64,000 nucleotides of DNA from Guillardia theta CCMP2712. Lineage: Eukaryota; Protista; Cryptophyta. The stretch's first letter is position 1. Each line of letters opens with the position of its first letter. Of the stretch, positions 45,699 through 57,600 are shown piece by piece. The notes below the pieces were generated by a model. The model was not told the origin of the DNA and searched no databases. It saw only the letters and a list, made by a program, of their open reading frames with translations. Both the position numbers and the translations under genes were made by a program. Where the stretch lies: NCBI RefSeq assembly GCF_000315625.1, contig NW_005434637.1, positions 254,495 through 318,494 of the forward strand, given 5' to 3'.

Positions 45699-47762
45699 TC
45701 AGTTGCCATCCTCGACAGGAGCTTGATTCATCTGAATTCTGTCGAGCGATTTCTTCATCTTGGAACGCTTGCTCACGGCCCTACGATTAATGTCCAAGAA
45801 CCTCTTCTTGCACAAGAGCATTCTATTGAAAACCTGCGGATTGACAGAACTCAGTGAGCTTCAGAGTGATCAGCAAAGTGCGAACCTTGAGTTCTTGGAA
45901 GTCCGTGCTCCCAATCTGTACTCCAAACTCTTCAAATTCAGGAATCTTGAGAGGGTTGTGCATCATGGGCTCGAACGATTCACTCGGCAGTGTGAAGTAA
46001 TTTTTGATGACAGTACCCCCTGTTGAGCAAATATGAGATGCACGAGGCCCCGAAACATTGTTGTGTTACCCAGTTTGCCGAATTTCATGTGTCTCTTGAA
46101 AATATCCAGACTGCATGTTGAGAAGAAGGCTGCAGGGCTCTGGATCCTCGCTAGAGCCGCACGAACGTCAAATGGAAAATCCAACACAACTTCTTCAAAT
46201 CGTGTCATAGAAGCCATGGGAGGCAGGCGAGTTCGTTTCTTCTTCAAGACGGCCGACGGAGTTTCTTCTGCCATCTCTGCCGAAATATCGTCCACCCCAG
46301 GCTGTGCCTCACTATCAATGTAGGAGGCGTGCGCTACCATAGAGACACTAGCTTGCCCTACGATATCGCTGTCGCATGCTTTGCGTTTCATCGGCAACAT
46401 CGATGGATGCTGCTCGCTCAGTTTTCCCATCCCCATCGGTGCAAGAGATTCTGCGAAATGCGCGAGCGTTTGCAGAATTGATTTCGTCCCGGGTAACTGC
46501 GGTAACTAATCATCATCTCGTGCGACAAATATCGCAATTATATACAACCTTCTGTACTGTAGAGTCGTTGGCATCGGTCATCGCAGCCAACTTTGGAAGG
46601 TTATTCCTTGCATCATCACATGTAGAGGTTTGCCTTGATCTGTTGAAAGAATCAGCTTCAAAAGGCTGTGAGCACTGAATAAAAGCAAACACTGACTCAT
46701 GATTTTGATCTTCTAGCTTGCAAATCAAATGCGCTTCATGGTTTAATCCATTTGACTTTTCAGCAGCTGCAATCTGTTGACAAGTGAGACCAGGCTGTTT
46801 TGTTTCGAAATTCATGAACCTGTGAGAAAACGGATACTCTGACAGTGGCATCCCTCTTTGACTTGCAAGTCTTGAGCGTATATCAGCAAAGAACCCAAAA
46901 GAATTCTGTGACTCACCGGGTTTCTTGAGAGGTGCACGTCCAAAGCATGCATCGAAACAAATGATCTTGAGCAGTAGCTACATTCCACCGAAACCCTTTC
47001 TGGTTTCTTGGGTTCATACTTCTGAAAACTCCCTCCCCCGTAGGTGTTGGCTTTGCCATTGCCATTGCAGAGAAAGCTTGCAAAGGAAGGAGCGTTTTGC
47101 GCCAAGGGGGTTGCACAGCAAGAAACTGGAGTGGCCTGTACTTCCTTCTTTCCTTGTTTCTCGTGAAAAATCTGTACAGCCTTGAGGCGCAGAGCTTCAA
47201 TGTTGTTTTGGGCTTGGTTGCAATGGTCCAAATACTTAGCCAAGTCCATTCCTGCTGTGCAACTGCTTCGATATTGTGGGGTTGCAATGATCGGTTTGGT
47301 AACTTGATCTCGACTCAGGATGATCGATGCCGAAGGGTCTTTGGTCGCAGACTTGACAATTTCTTTCAGATCAGGGATCTCAATCGCGTTCATGTCTTGA
47401 CCGACGCTCTGCGACTTTGGGGAAGAACCTTCAACGCGATTGACCAAAGACACCTCTGAAGCGAAACTCTGCATCTGCTTGTCAGGCTCCATCAGCAAAT
47501 TGCCTCCTGCATCCATCAGAACCATAGGGACTTGACTCATCCACATTTGCTCAGCTACTGAGGGGAAACGATCATCCGTCTTTGAAGACAAGTTTGGTTG
47601 CGCCAAGATCGAGATAGGTACTAATTGGACAGGTATAGAGTCTGGTGTCAAGCAAACAAATCCTCCACCAGCATAAGTAAGGGGCAGCAAACTATTCATC
47701 GCCAAGGTTGTGCCATCGTTCCTCTTCTGGGAAAGTTGTTGCAATGATAGCAAAGGGATCAT
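45699..47762 (-). CDS. Hypothetical nuclear protein with C2H2-like zinc finger(s), possible transcription factor
   Basis: VECSYCSRSFVSMHALDVHL and YNCDICR motifs. Basic NLS-like KKKRTR. Low-complexity N-terminus. Start and exon joins tentative. Confidence 0.6.
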
Positions 47763-47869
47763 GTTTCGTCGGCAACGATGCTTTTTTGTAGTCAGGACCT
47801 GCTCCTTTGCACTGGTCAGCCATGAACATAGAGAAACAAGCTTTCGAGCAAAAGGTGTAATGAACATGT

Positions 47870-49840
47870 GGGGGTTGTTCTCCGTCTAACAGGCTTTCTA
47901 AGTCCCTTCCCTCCCATATCTTCAGGTATTATGAAATCATGTGTTACCGAATATCTGTTCTACAGGTGTTAGCCCATCTTGCTTTCCCTGGCTCCTATGT
48001 TGTATTTAAACACCCAAAGTCATCATGAGGACATCAAACATGTTTCTTCCTCTCATGCACACTATTTGTGGTATTCTTCGCCCTCTCTGCATCATTCCAA
48101 GCTCCGCGGTGAGCTGCCACTAGCGGTGGCATTGACACCGGGCAATGCGCAAGTGGTACAGATACATACCGGTGGTCTTCCATCAATGAGAGGTACCCTA
48201 CTCAAATTCCTTACTTCTCGACGCATTACTGGGTGGGGTACTTGAAGTTTATCAAAAATGGTGGGTAGTATGATGAGATAAGAGGGGTGGGGTATTGAAC
48301 CCTACCTCCTTTATGATCAAGTCAAAACTTGTGAGCAGGTCGGGGTATCACTATTCTGGTCAGATGGGGCAGGGGATGGTGGGTAGGGGTAGTCAAATTT
48401 GGGGAAAAAATACCATGGGGAAAGTTGCTTTATCATAAGGGGGGTGGGGTGATTGTGTGATGGTAGGGGGTGGCAATCAGTGCTGTCCGAATAGGATGGG
48501 ACGTTGTTTTGTATTTTTATTCCACGCTTCAGGCTTCAAATTGTCAAGGGTGGGTTGTACTTCATACCCCCCCATTTCTGCAGTGACAGGTGGGTGCAAG
48601 TCCACTCACTGATGAAAAAGTATGGGTAGTCAGCCAGTACGTATTGTTTTTGAGGGTGGGGTCGTCGTGCGCGGGCGGTACTCAAAGTGTCGAAACAGAG
48701 CAAGTAGTGGGTAGGGGTACTGGACTGAAATAGTGAACTTCGGAAACTGGGGGTGGGTAGTTTGTCAGCTCTTCCAGAGGTCAGAGGAGTAGTGAAACCT
48801 CAGACTCAGAGCAAGTCGGATATCTTTGGGGTACCTTTAGGGATTGAGCTTCCAAGTCCGCCATTGAACGTCACGTATTCTATAAATGAGATCCTAAGTT
48901 CAAAGCGACATGATGAATGGATCTCCCTACTCACTGAGCATGCACAGATCCGATCGGATTGGTGTATAGTACGCAGTTCATAGGCGTTTTACTGACTCTG
49001 AGCCGGAGGGGTGGGGGTAGCCTTTTGAAACTCACTAAAGGTACTTGTCACTGCGTCCTCGGGGTCCGGGAAAAAAGGAGGTGGGGGGAGGGGTGGGCTT
49101 GGCGCGTGAAGCCGCAGTCCGCTCGGAATGCTATTCATATCTGGTCCTAGCAGCTCTGGTATCAGGTATGGCACGTATGGTGTTCACCTTACTGCACACT
49201 TTCCCCCAACAGTACAAATGACTACCCTACCCTACCCTACCCTACCAAATTTAAAATTTGGAAAACAAGCATTCGTTATCTTCAAATTTCATGGGAGTGA
49301 TTTGTAGCAACGAAGGAAATTAGCTTTCTTTGACCACGATCGCTGCTTGCTGCTTTGCTTCTAACTGGTAAAGTGACTCAAAAGGTGGTTCAGGTACTAA
49401 AACTTGTACTGAATAATAGTCACTCTAAATCACTTTTTGGATCTCATGATCTACTGACTCCAGGTAATTTTTAACATAACTTTGAGTAAAAGATTACTAT
49501 ATCATAAGTATTAGAGGTCCTCTACGCCGTGGTACGTTGCCCTGGTAGTTATTTTTAAGTTAATTTTGAGTAAACTGACTGATCGCTGGCCTTTGTTCTT
49601 TCTTTCTTTTCTTTCTTTCTTTTCTTTTTTTTTTGAATTTTACTCAAAGTTAAGTCAAAGATCAGTACGAGAATTAGAATAAAATGTTAATAACTTCGGC
49701 AGCTGACTCCGGGCTCTAACTTCACTTAACAGTTTGAGTGATGGCAGCCAGGCAGGCAAGGCCGCTTGCCCGGCGGCCCGCCGCGCGGCGCGGCCCCGGC
49801 CGGCCGCAGTGCCGGGCCCCATGTCTCGAATCCACCTCAG
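47870..49840. other. About 2-kb intergenic region between divergent genes: G-run block, AT-rich block with (TTTC)n, terminal GC island (49740-49822)
   Basis: Dense GGGTGGG/GGGGTA words on the + strand 48230-49100, (CTACC)n at about 49222-49246, T-rich tract 49590-49635, no credible ORF. Confidence 0.6.
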
Positions 49841-49876
49841 AGTTTGTTCTATACAAGGGTAGAAGGCACCAAGATA

Positions 49877-50823
49877 TGACTAGTCTCCCAATGGACTTGG
49901 TTGAGGCAGCGATATGCTGGGGGCCATTTCATTCAGGAGAGGAGCGCAGGGGGCTGCGCTGCTGATGCAAGAGAGAAGCACGATGGCATGCTCGAGCTTG
50001 AGGACGATGAGCGTGAAGAGCTTGAGGAGGATGCATGAAGCTGGGGTAGATACACTCCTATACAAACACCCCTCTCATGGTGCCTTGGCAGGGTGGTTTC
50101 CAGCGCCGTCCCGGCGAAAATGCTGGCGAGTTGAGGTCTAGCCAGAGCTCAGCAGAGGAGGATGAGGAGTACAAGAAAGCCCGTATGGCGATCGCGTTCA
50201 CGTGCTCTTTGCGATTCACCTGAAAGAATGGGCTGACCTGAGGCGCAGATGCAAGACTTGCGAAACGAGAGTGTTCCGATCGTTCTCTAAGAGGGTACAA
50301 GGATGAGCAGTCAAGTGAGCTGTACTCACAGCATGGCAGGCATATGAGAAGGGTGTTGTCATCATCCGAGTTGAACAGAAGGACGGTTGCAATCGTCAAG
50401 ATGGAGGCAATCATTGTAAGTTCTATCGCAAGAAATTTTGTCGCCGTTTGCATACGTTTGAACGGCGAAAGATTGTGTGACAAAGAACAAGTTTCTTGCG
50501 CCATGAAGAGGAACCTGATCGTTCTATCTTAACTGTAGTTGCCAGGTTTACACCTGATCGCCGACAATCTTGGATGGTTCGAAGATCGTCCTGTCAACGT
50601 GGAAACGTTGTATGTTGAAGCTTGTGCTCTCTACTGATCTCGGCATTACAGCATGCTTGCGCGAGAAGGGCAGAAGGTCCAGAGGCTAGTCTTGAGGACG
50701 TCTGAGAACGACAGGCAGCTCCACTCTGAATCGGAAGTGCCTGCCAAGGACGGGGCAGCCGACAAGGTTTTCTTAAAGACGGACGACGGTCAGACAGTGG
50801 AGTTTATTGATGACTCAAAGTGA
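49877..50823 (+). CDS. Hypothetical small multi-exon protein
   Basis: Series of short GT/AG-bounded open segments (..SSAEEDEEYKKA, ..GYKDEQS, LHLIADNLGWFEDRPVN, ..KTDDGQTVEFIDDSK*). No recognised domain. Confidence 0.4.
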
Positions 50824-50834
50824 TAGGTTCCTTT

Positions 50835-53675
50835 TTAAACACATGGCAAGTCTTCCGCCCACTCGCCATCTTTACACTCTAATTTCACATCGCTGAGAAC
50901 CTTCTTCATCTCTTCGGTAACAAGGTTGTTGTCCTGGAAAAGTCGATCAGTCCCAGCGAGCATTCAACAATCTCGTCACCTTGAGCGCTTTGTGCTGGAT
51001 CTGAATCAGGTAAAGAAGTTTTCTGTGCAGCGGATTTGGTTCGCGATCATCAGGCTGCGCTGCTTCCTGGACAGGTTGATGGCATGGTGTGCCTGCGGCA
51101 TGCGATTGTGAGTTCCTGACAGTTGGGCAAGCACGATCTCGTACTCTTTTTGATCGCATCATGCGTTACGAACTCTGTCATGGTCATGATGGCGAACAAA
51201 TGCTTGACAAGCACTCTGTGATTGCCATCAGACCATTTTCAAAGAGGATTCTCATCGTACTTCATCGCGTAGCCTTGAGTAACATCCTCTCGTTGACCCC
51301 CTGACTGCTCTTTCAACAAACTTTCTGCGGGCAGAACTTGCTCAATCCAGCTTCCTTCTACACAATGATCGGGCCCTGTAGAGAAAGGGAGATCAGAGTG
51401 GGAAGGGAGGGAGATTTCCAACACAGACCCGCGATAATCCCTATGATCGGCGACGAGATGTTTTGGGCAAACTCGACTTGGGTCCGGCAGCACGGGCACA
51501 GCACAAGACCTGCAAGATCGGACAGACTTTAGCGCCGTTGACAGTCATCGACATGTCTGTACCATCATTCACGACGATCACGACGGAAGCGCATCGAGCA
51601 ATGTTGGACAGACACGATCGAAAGTCCATTATCCCAGTAGATCCTCCGAGGAAACTGCGAAAGCCCCAGGCAGCGAGCTTCTGGCTCACCTTCTCAGCTG
51701 TCGTCTTGCTGTCTTCGCTGCTGATTATCATGACCATGTTTTCCTTGGAGGAGGAGCGAACTTCAGACTTGGACCCGACGACTCTGTACAGCAACATGGC
51801 GACGTCATCTTGCAAGAAAGGAGAGTCTTGCTTGCTGCTTTGTGTCTTGTCGGGGACTGCAGACACGCCGTCGTGGTCGAAAGGTTGACATTCGAGCGCT
51901 TGAGACGCCCCGTCAACGCCGTAGAATCTGCCGCACAAGATGGTGCAAAGGCCAGCGGAGAGGATCTCGAGCGAGGCTTGTTGGTCATACGAGAGGTGAA
52001 TCAAAGCATGAATGCCGTGCTGTGCTGCATGAGGTTGAGAATCGAGGCAGCTCGCCACCGCAAAGCAGCAAGTCTGCACGAAACCGCTAGAGCACAACTT
52101 GGGCACGATACTCAGGTTCGCCGACATCCTCTTCGCGCCCAGAAGAAGCTGCTCCATGTTCAAGGGCTTCCCTCCGAACGACTTCGACTTTGCTGCAGCT
52201 CGCAACATCCTAACGAACACCTTGCACCAAACTGAGTTCCTCTCGATCACTCTTGAAAGAAAGCTGTTCTTCCTGTGACTGCTCAACAATGCCATCAGAG
52301 TCAGCGCCTTGCCATGAGCAGACCATCTCTTATCGTCCACAGAGCTCGGTATCGAGTCACTGTCCTTGATTCGGAGGAAGTGATCTGAGACGCGCTCTGC
52401 GCAACCCGATTGAACGAGAGAATCCGCCGCCTCAATTCTGACCGACAGACTTGCAAGGATGTGCAGGGCAGTGAAAGAGATCTCAGAGCTCTTTGAGGAG
52501 CAAGCTGCTTCTGTGATGACTGGGGAGAACTGATCTATGGGCACCTCGTCCATCGCTCCAGGTGTCGAAACTATCGAAGTCAAAGTGTGAAGGGTTTCCA
52601 TCATCAGCAGCCGAATCTCAGACGGATCATCTTGCACAGGTTGGAATTTCCCTGATCTGGATGAAGTGGTATCAGCAGGATGGGATCTCGTCATGCAGAA
52701 CTTGATCAGCATCATCAATGCATTCAAGCCGTTTCTGCACAAAACAATTAAGCGTGCTTGCATGTCTTTGCCTGTGCCATGGCTGCCTTCAGTGACCCAC
52801 AACTGGATGCTCTTGAGGCATATGGCAATATCCTTCAGCTCATCTCGTTGAATGCACAGCTCAAGTCTCTGCAGGAGACTTTGTACATCGCGAACCTGAC
52901 TTTCCGAGCATACAGCAGGGGTCGAGGCCTCTCTGCTGGATTTCACATCTTCACTGGAGAGAGGCCTTGTCGCATGGTGTGACGGGGGAGTAGAATAGAT
53001 CAGTCTCTCCCTCGGGGAACTGAAAGGTTCCTGCAGATGCACGGGGGAAAGGCGTACGGAGAAGGAGAAGCGTTGATTGATATCATTGTTCGCCACATGT
53101 CTTTCCATCGAGGCTGGCGATCGTGATGTGAAAGTGAGATTCTTGTCAGAGGGATGATCGAAGTGCGCTTCACAATCAGAGTTGCTTGAATTGAGAGATT
53201 TTCTCGGGCTAACCTTGTTTGGTTTTCTCTTGCCTTCCTTAGTCTTCTCGGTCTTGACGGAATCCAAAATCTGGTGCAAAGCGATTCTTTTTCTATCTCT
53301 CATCAGTTCCAACGAGAGGTCAAACGTTTTCTCCTTCCTGTTCTCTTCCATGGTTCCATACCCATGCCCTGCATGTGTTCCGTTTTGGGAAGCAAATCGA
53401 TGAGCCAAAATCTGTTTGTAATCTTGATCAAACTCTGACTGGAACGTGTTTCGCTGTTTGGGAGCAGATCGCGAACGGCCAGTGAGGCGCGGGGTATTGG
53501 GTCCGTGCCTCGTGTCGTTGAAATCCAAGGACACACGAGCTTTGCCCGGTTGACTTCGGCTCCTCCTGCGCTCTTGCTTCTCATCTTCATCTGCGCTGTA
53601 ACATGCTAGGCTGCTGTTCATGTTCCGAGGGGATCGCTCGCTTTGATGCATAACGTCCCTTCCTCTCCGCATCAT
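50835..53675 (-). CDS. Armadillo-like repeat protein with a C-terminal TIR (TIR_2-type) domain
   Basis: Disordered N-terminus, then ARM-like helices (ALHILASLS..ADSLVQSG, ALIHLSYD..LEILSAGL). Spliced TIR: MVMIISSEDSKTTAEKVSQKLAAWGFRSFL..NIARCASVVIVVND/GLVLCPCCRTQVEFAQNISSPIIGIIA/GPDHCVEGSWI. Confidence 0.75.
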
Positions 53676-54628
53676 GCTCTCAGGACCGTCCAAGCATCCG
53701 AACTATCAGAATGCCACACGTATGCTATGCTCGAATCCGTTCTCGTCGTTCTTTCGAATGATGTTTCGGATCCTTCTCCTTACCGACCCTCTTACTGTCT
53801 TCGAGTCGCTACCTTGCTCGTCATGGAGCATCTTCAGCCTCTTCCTCTCTCCTCTCCTCCTCCCTCCCTCTCCACCTGGCGGCATCTTGGTGGCCGTGCA
53901 TCAGGATCGAATGGCACTGCTGGGGTGGTCTCCAGAGTGGATTAGTACGGGTGTAATTCTCTTCAAAACCACCCCCTCCCTGCAGTACCCACCCCTGAAT
54001 GCAGGTTGCCTGAATACACCTCCATTCAGTTTTTTGTTTCAATTTGAAGTTTTTTTTTCTTGTAACCGTTATATGCTTGTTGCGGCAGTGTTGCGGCAGC
54101 GGGTGGAATCTTAATTCGGGTAACGGCCTCCATATGCACTTCATGGGGGTGGTGGGGTGGTGGGGCGGAGCATGTACCCTTCATCTCTACTATAGAACGG
54201 GGTACTTTTCCCTAAAAGAATTGAGTGTCGATTGTCGGTAGGGTAGGGTATAAAGGTAATATGAGATTACCGAGCTGGGCTGGCAGCATGGTGGTCGGGG
54301 AGGATTGTAGCGGCGGAAGAGGAGGTGAAGGAAGAGGGAGAGGTGAAACGAGTTGAAGAGAGAAGGAAGGGAACAGGAACATCTCGGCAGCAAACAGCAG
54401 AAAGCTGAAGGCAGGTGTGATGATTTTGATTGGGCGGGGAGCGTTCACTCAATACAAATGCTAAAAATCCTGCTTTTCCGAGGTACAGATTCCAGATAAC
54501 AGGACAACCCTCTCTGCTGTGACCCCGTCAGATTTTTTTAATTACGAGCAGCAGCATGACTTGATTGAGGCCCTGTGGATCGTCGTTACACCCGAAGCTC
54601 CAACGAGCTGCTGATGCTCGTTAGAGCT

Positions 54629-57600
54629 ATGATAGGTCACCTCAAGAAGATTTTCATCGCGGACCAGAGCTCCATCCACGACGTGGAAGAGGAAGAGAAG
54701 AGCTCAAACAAGGCAGTCCAAGGACCCTTCCACGGTCTTGAGGGTCCCAAGAGGTGGTGGATAGCCTACCTGTGCTGGCTCGTGGGGGGGTGGGCGGGGC
54801 TTCACCGCCTGTACCTCGGGGACTATGAAGGAGCTCAGTCCATGCTCTGCTCTCTCGGCCATTGCGGTGTGGGCTGGATCTATGACGGATTCAGGGTATC
54901 CTCCATGGTGCAAGAAGCGAACCAACGGGGTGCGGGGAGCACACGGTGCCGTGCGGTGCGGCCGCTGTCGTCGTCGACGTCGGCGCAGCATTGCAGGAAC
55001 AGGGTGAGCAACACCAAGTATGGGGAGACCGTCGGGGAGATGTGCATTAAGTTTATCCCCCTGAGCCTCTACGAGCAACTTGAGAGGCATACGAACCGAT
55101 ACTTCCTGTTCATCGCCATCCTGCAGCTGGACCCGCATCTGACCCCAACCCATCCAGCCACAACCTGGGGCCCTCTCGCCATCATCTTCATCTTCACGGC
55201 GATAAGGGAACTGGCGGATGACTGGCAGCGGTTCCTCGCCGACAGGTCCGCCAACAGCCGGCAGTATACGGTGATGAGTGCGGCAGGGAACGAAGCCAAG
55301 GGCAACATGGACTTCAAGAAGTTGGATGCAGAGATGATATCAGTCGGCGACCTTGTGGTGATCAGGCAGGATCAAGAGATCCCGTGCGATATCATGCTCT
55401 TAGGAACGTCGCACGCGGATGGATGCTGCTTCATCGAAACCTCCAACCTTGACGGGGAAGCTGACTTCAAACTGCGCAGAACCCCTCCTCTGTCTTCGAC
55501 CCAATCGCTGAAGGAGATCAAGAGCCTCGTCTCAGAGATCGACTGTATCGAGGTGCCGTACGATGCTCAGCACGAGCTGAAGGGAATGCTATGGGTCCTC
55601 AAGAGCAAAGCGGAAATGGACCTTGACGTGATGGGAAGGAGCGAAGCTCGGCACGGGTATCCCATCGGGGAGACCCAAGCTCTGCTACAAGGATCGCAGT
55701 TGAAGAACACCGAATGGGTCTGTGGGATCGCCCTGTACACAGGGAACCAGACGAGGCTCGGACGATCCCGCCGTCCTCCAGCGTGTAAGCGATCCGAGCT
55801 CGACGGCGCCATCGACAGCATCTCTGCGGTCGTGTTTGTTGGGCAGGCGATCCTTGCAGCCATCCTTGGGGGGCTGGGTAACCAATGGATGAGCATGCAC
55901 GGAGAGGGAGCATGGTATCTTAGATCAGCCGTGAGCTCGGAAGGGCTCAGCCTGTATGAGTCAGCGGTGATTCCCCTGAGATTTCTCCTGCTGATGTCTA
56001 CCCTCATCCCGCTCTCAATCCAAGTCACCATGGACACTTGCAAATGGCTCTACTCCATGTGGATCGGATGGGACCTCGGCATGTCTCAGTGCGATCGGGT
56101 GGGTAAGCGAGACGCTGAACGAGGAGGAGGAGGAGGCGCGACGCTGCGGAACAGCGACATCGCGGAGAACCTTGGTCAAGTCGGTATCCTCCTGAGTGAC
56201 AAGACAGGGACTTTGACGGAGAATCTGATGGCGCTCAAGGCGTGCTCGATCAACGGCAGGATGTATGGGGAGCCAACGGCAGAGAGCGAGAGGAGGAAGG
56301 TGCAGTCAGACCCGAGGCTGATCGCGGCGATCGAGAGGGGGGACGAGAGCTTGTTCAACTACATGAGAGCTCTTGCTCTCTGCAACACAGTCGCCACTGT
56401 GAAAGGAGACGCGAGCAATAAGAAGGAGGAGGAGGAAGCAGCCAATGACTATGAGAACGAAGGGGTCGTGTATGAAGCCAGCTCCCCCGACGAAGATGCG
56501 CTGGTTTCGTCTGCGAGGGCCCTTGGGTTCCCGCTGCTTGACCGATCGACAGACACGATCTCGATCAGAGTCAGAGGGCAGGTGGAGACGTATCGCATCC
56601 TCCGTGAGCTGGAGTTCAGCTCAGATCGCAAGAGGATGTCTATCGTGCTCGAGAGGTGCTATGACAACGGCCCCGACAGCCGGGAAAAACTCTACATGTT
56701 CACCAAGGGAGCCGATGAGGTCTTGCGGCCCCTCCTCGCTCCCAACCAGGTGGGGGTGAGCTGGGCTGTGTCTTGAGTGCTGAGCTGTCAAACGTTGCAG
56801 GGGCACTTGGAGGAGGAGACAGTCGCGCACATCGACGACTTTGCGAGGATGGGGCTGCGAACGCTGCTGGTCGCGTTCAAGAGGCTCGAGAGGAAGACGT
56901 TCGAGGTCCAGCTAGAAGCTCTGAATGCTCGAGAGATTGCTGAGGCCACATGATGCAGGAGTGGAAGAATGGAGTGCTGCGAGAAGCGAATTCGTCGTTG
57001 CAGGGAAGGTGATAAGAAGGGAGGGGAGAGCACGGAAGATGGAGAGACGGCTGAGAGTGCGATGGGAAGTAGTGGAAGACGTTTGTCTTTCTCACTTGTG
57101 TCTTCGCTTGATGGCAGGGAGGCACGGATCTTGCAAGCTTATGAGATGCTTGAGAGCGGCATGCAACTGCTGGGAGCCACAGGTTGTGCTCCCCGTCGTC
57201 TTGGTGACAAGAATGACCTTGACCGTTGACAGGGATCGAAGACAGACTGCAGGAGGGAGTTTTTGACACGATGATGAGCTTGCGAGATGCTCAGATCAAA
57301 GTTTGGATGGTGACAGGCGATAAGCTGTCAACGGCCAAACAGGTCCCTGAACGAGATCTTCTTTTCCCTCTTTCAACTCTGACGAATTCGTGCCTTGAAT
57401 TGCTGATTCTTCTTGCTCGTCCCCTTCCAACTTCTCTTCTTTTCCCTCTTTCAACTCTGACGAATTCGTGCCTTGAATTGCTGATTCTTCTTGCTCGTCT
57501 CCTTCCAACTCTCTTCTCCCTTCTCCACTCACTCCTCTACCCCCTCTCTATCATTCCCAAACGTCCCGCGCGTGCCCCTCTGTTCCTCCCTCTGACCTGC

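Noticed and set aside
47870-49840. Short ORFs, RNA genes or a transposon in the 2-kb spacer
   Set aside because: No coding signal, no tRNA/rRNA structure, and no terminal repeats recognisable by eye.
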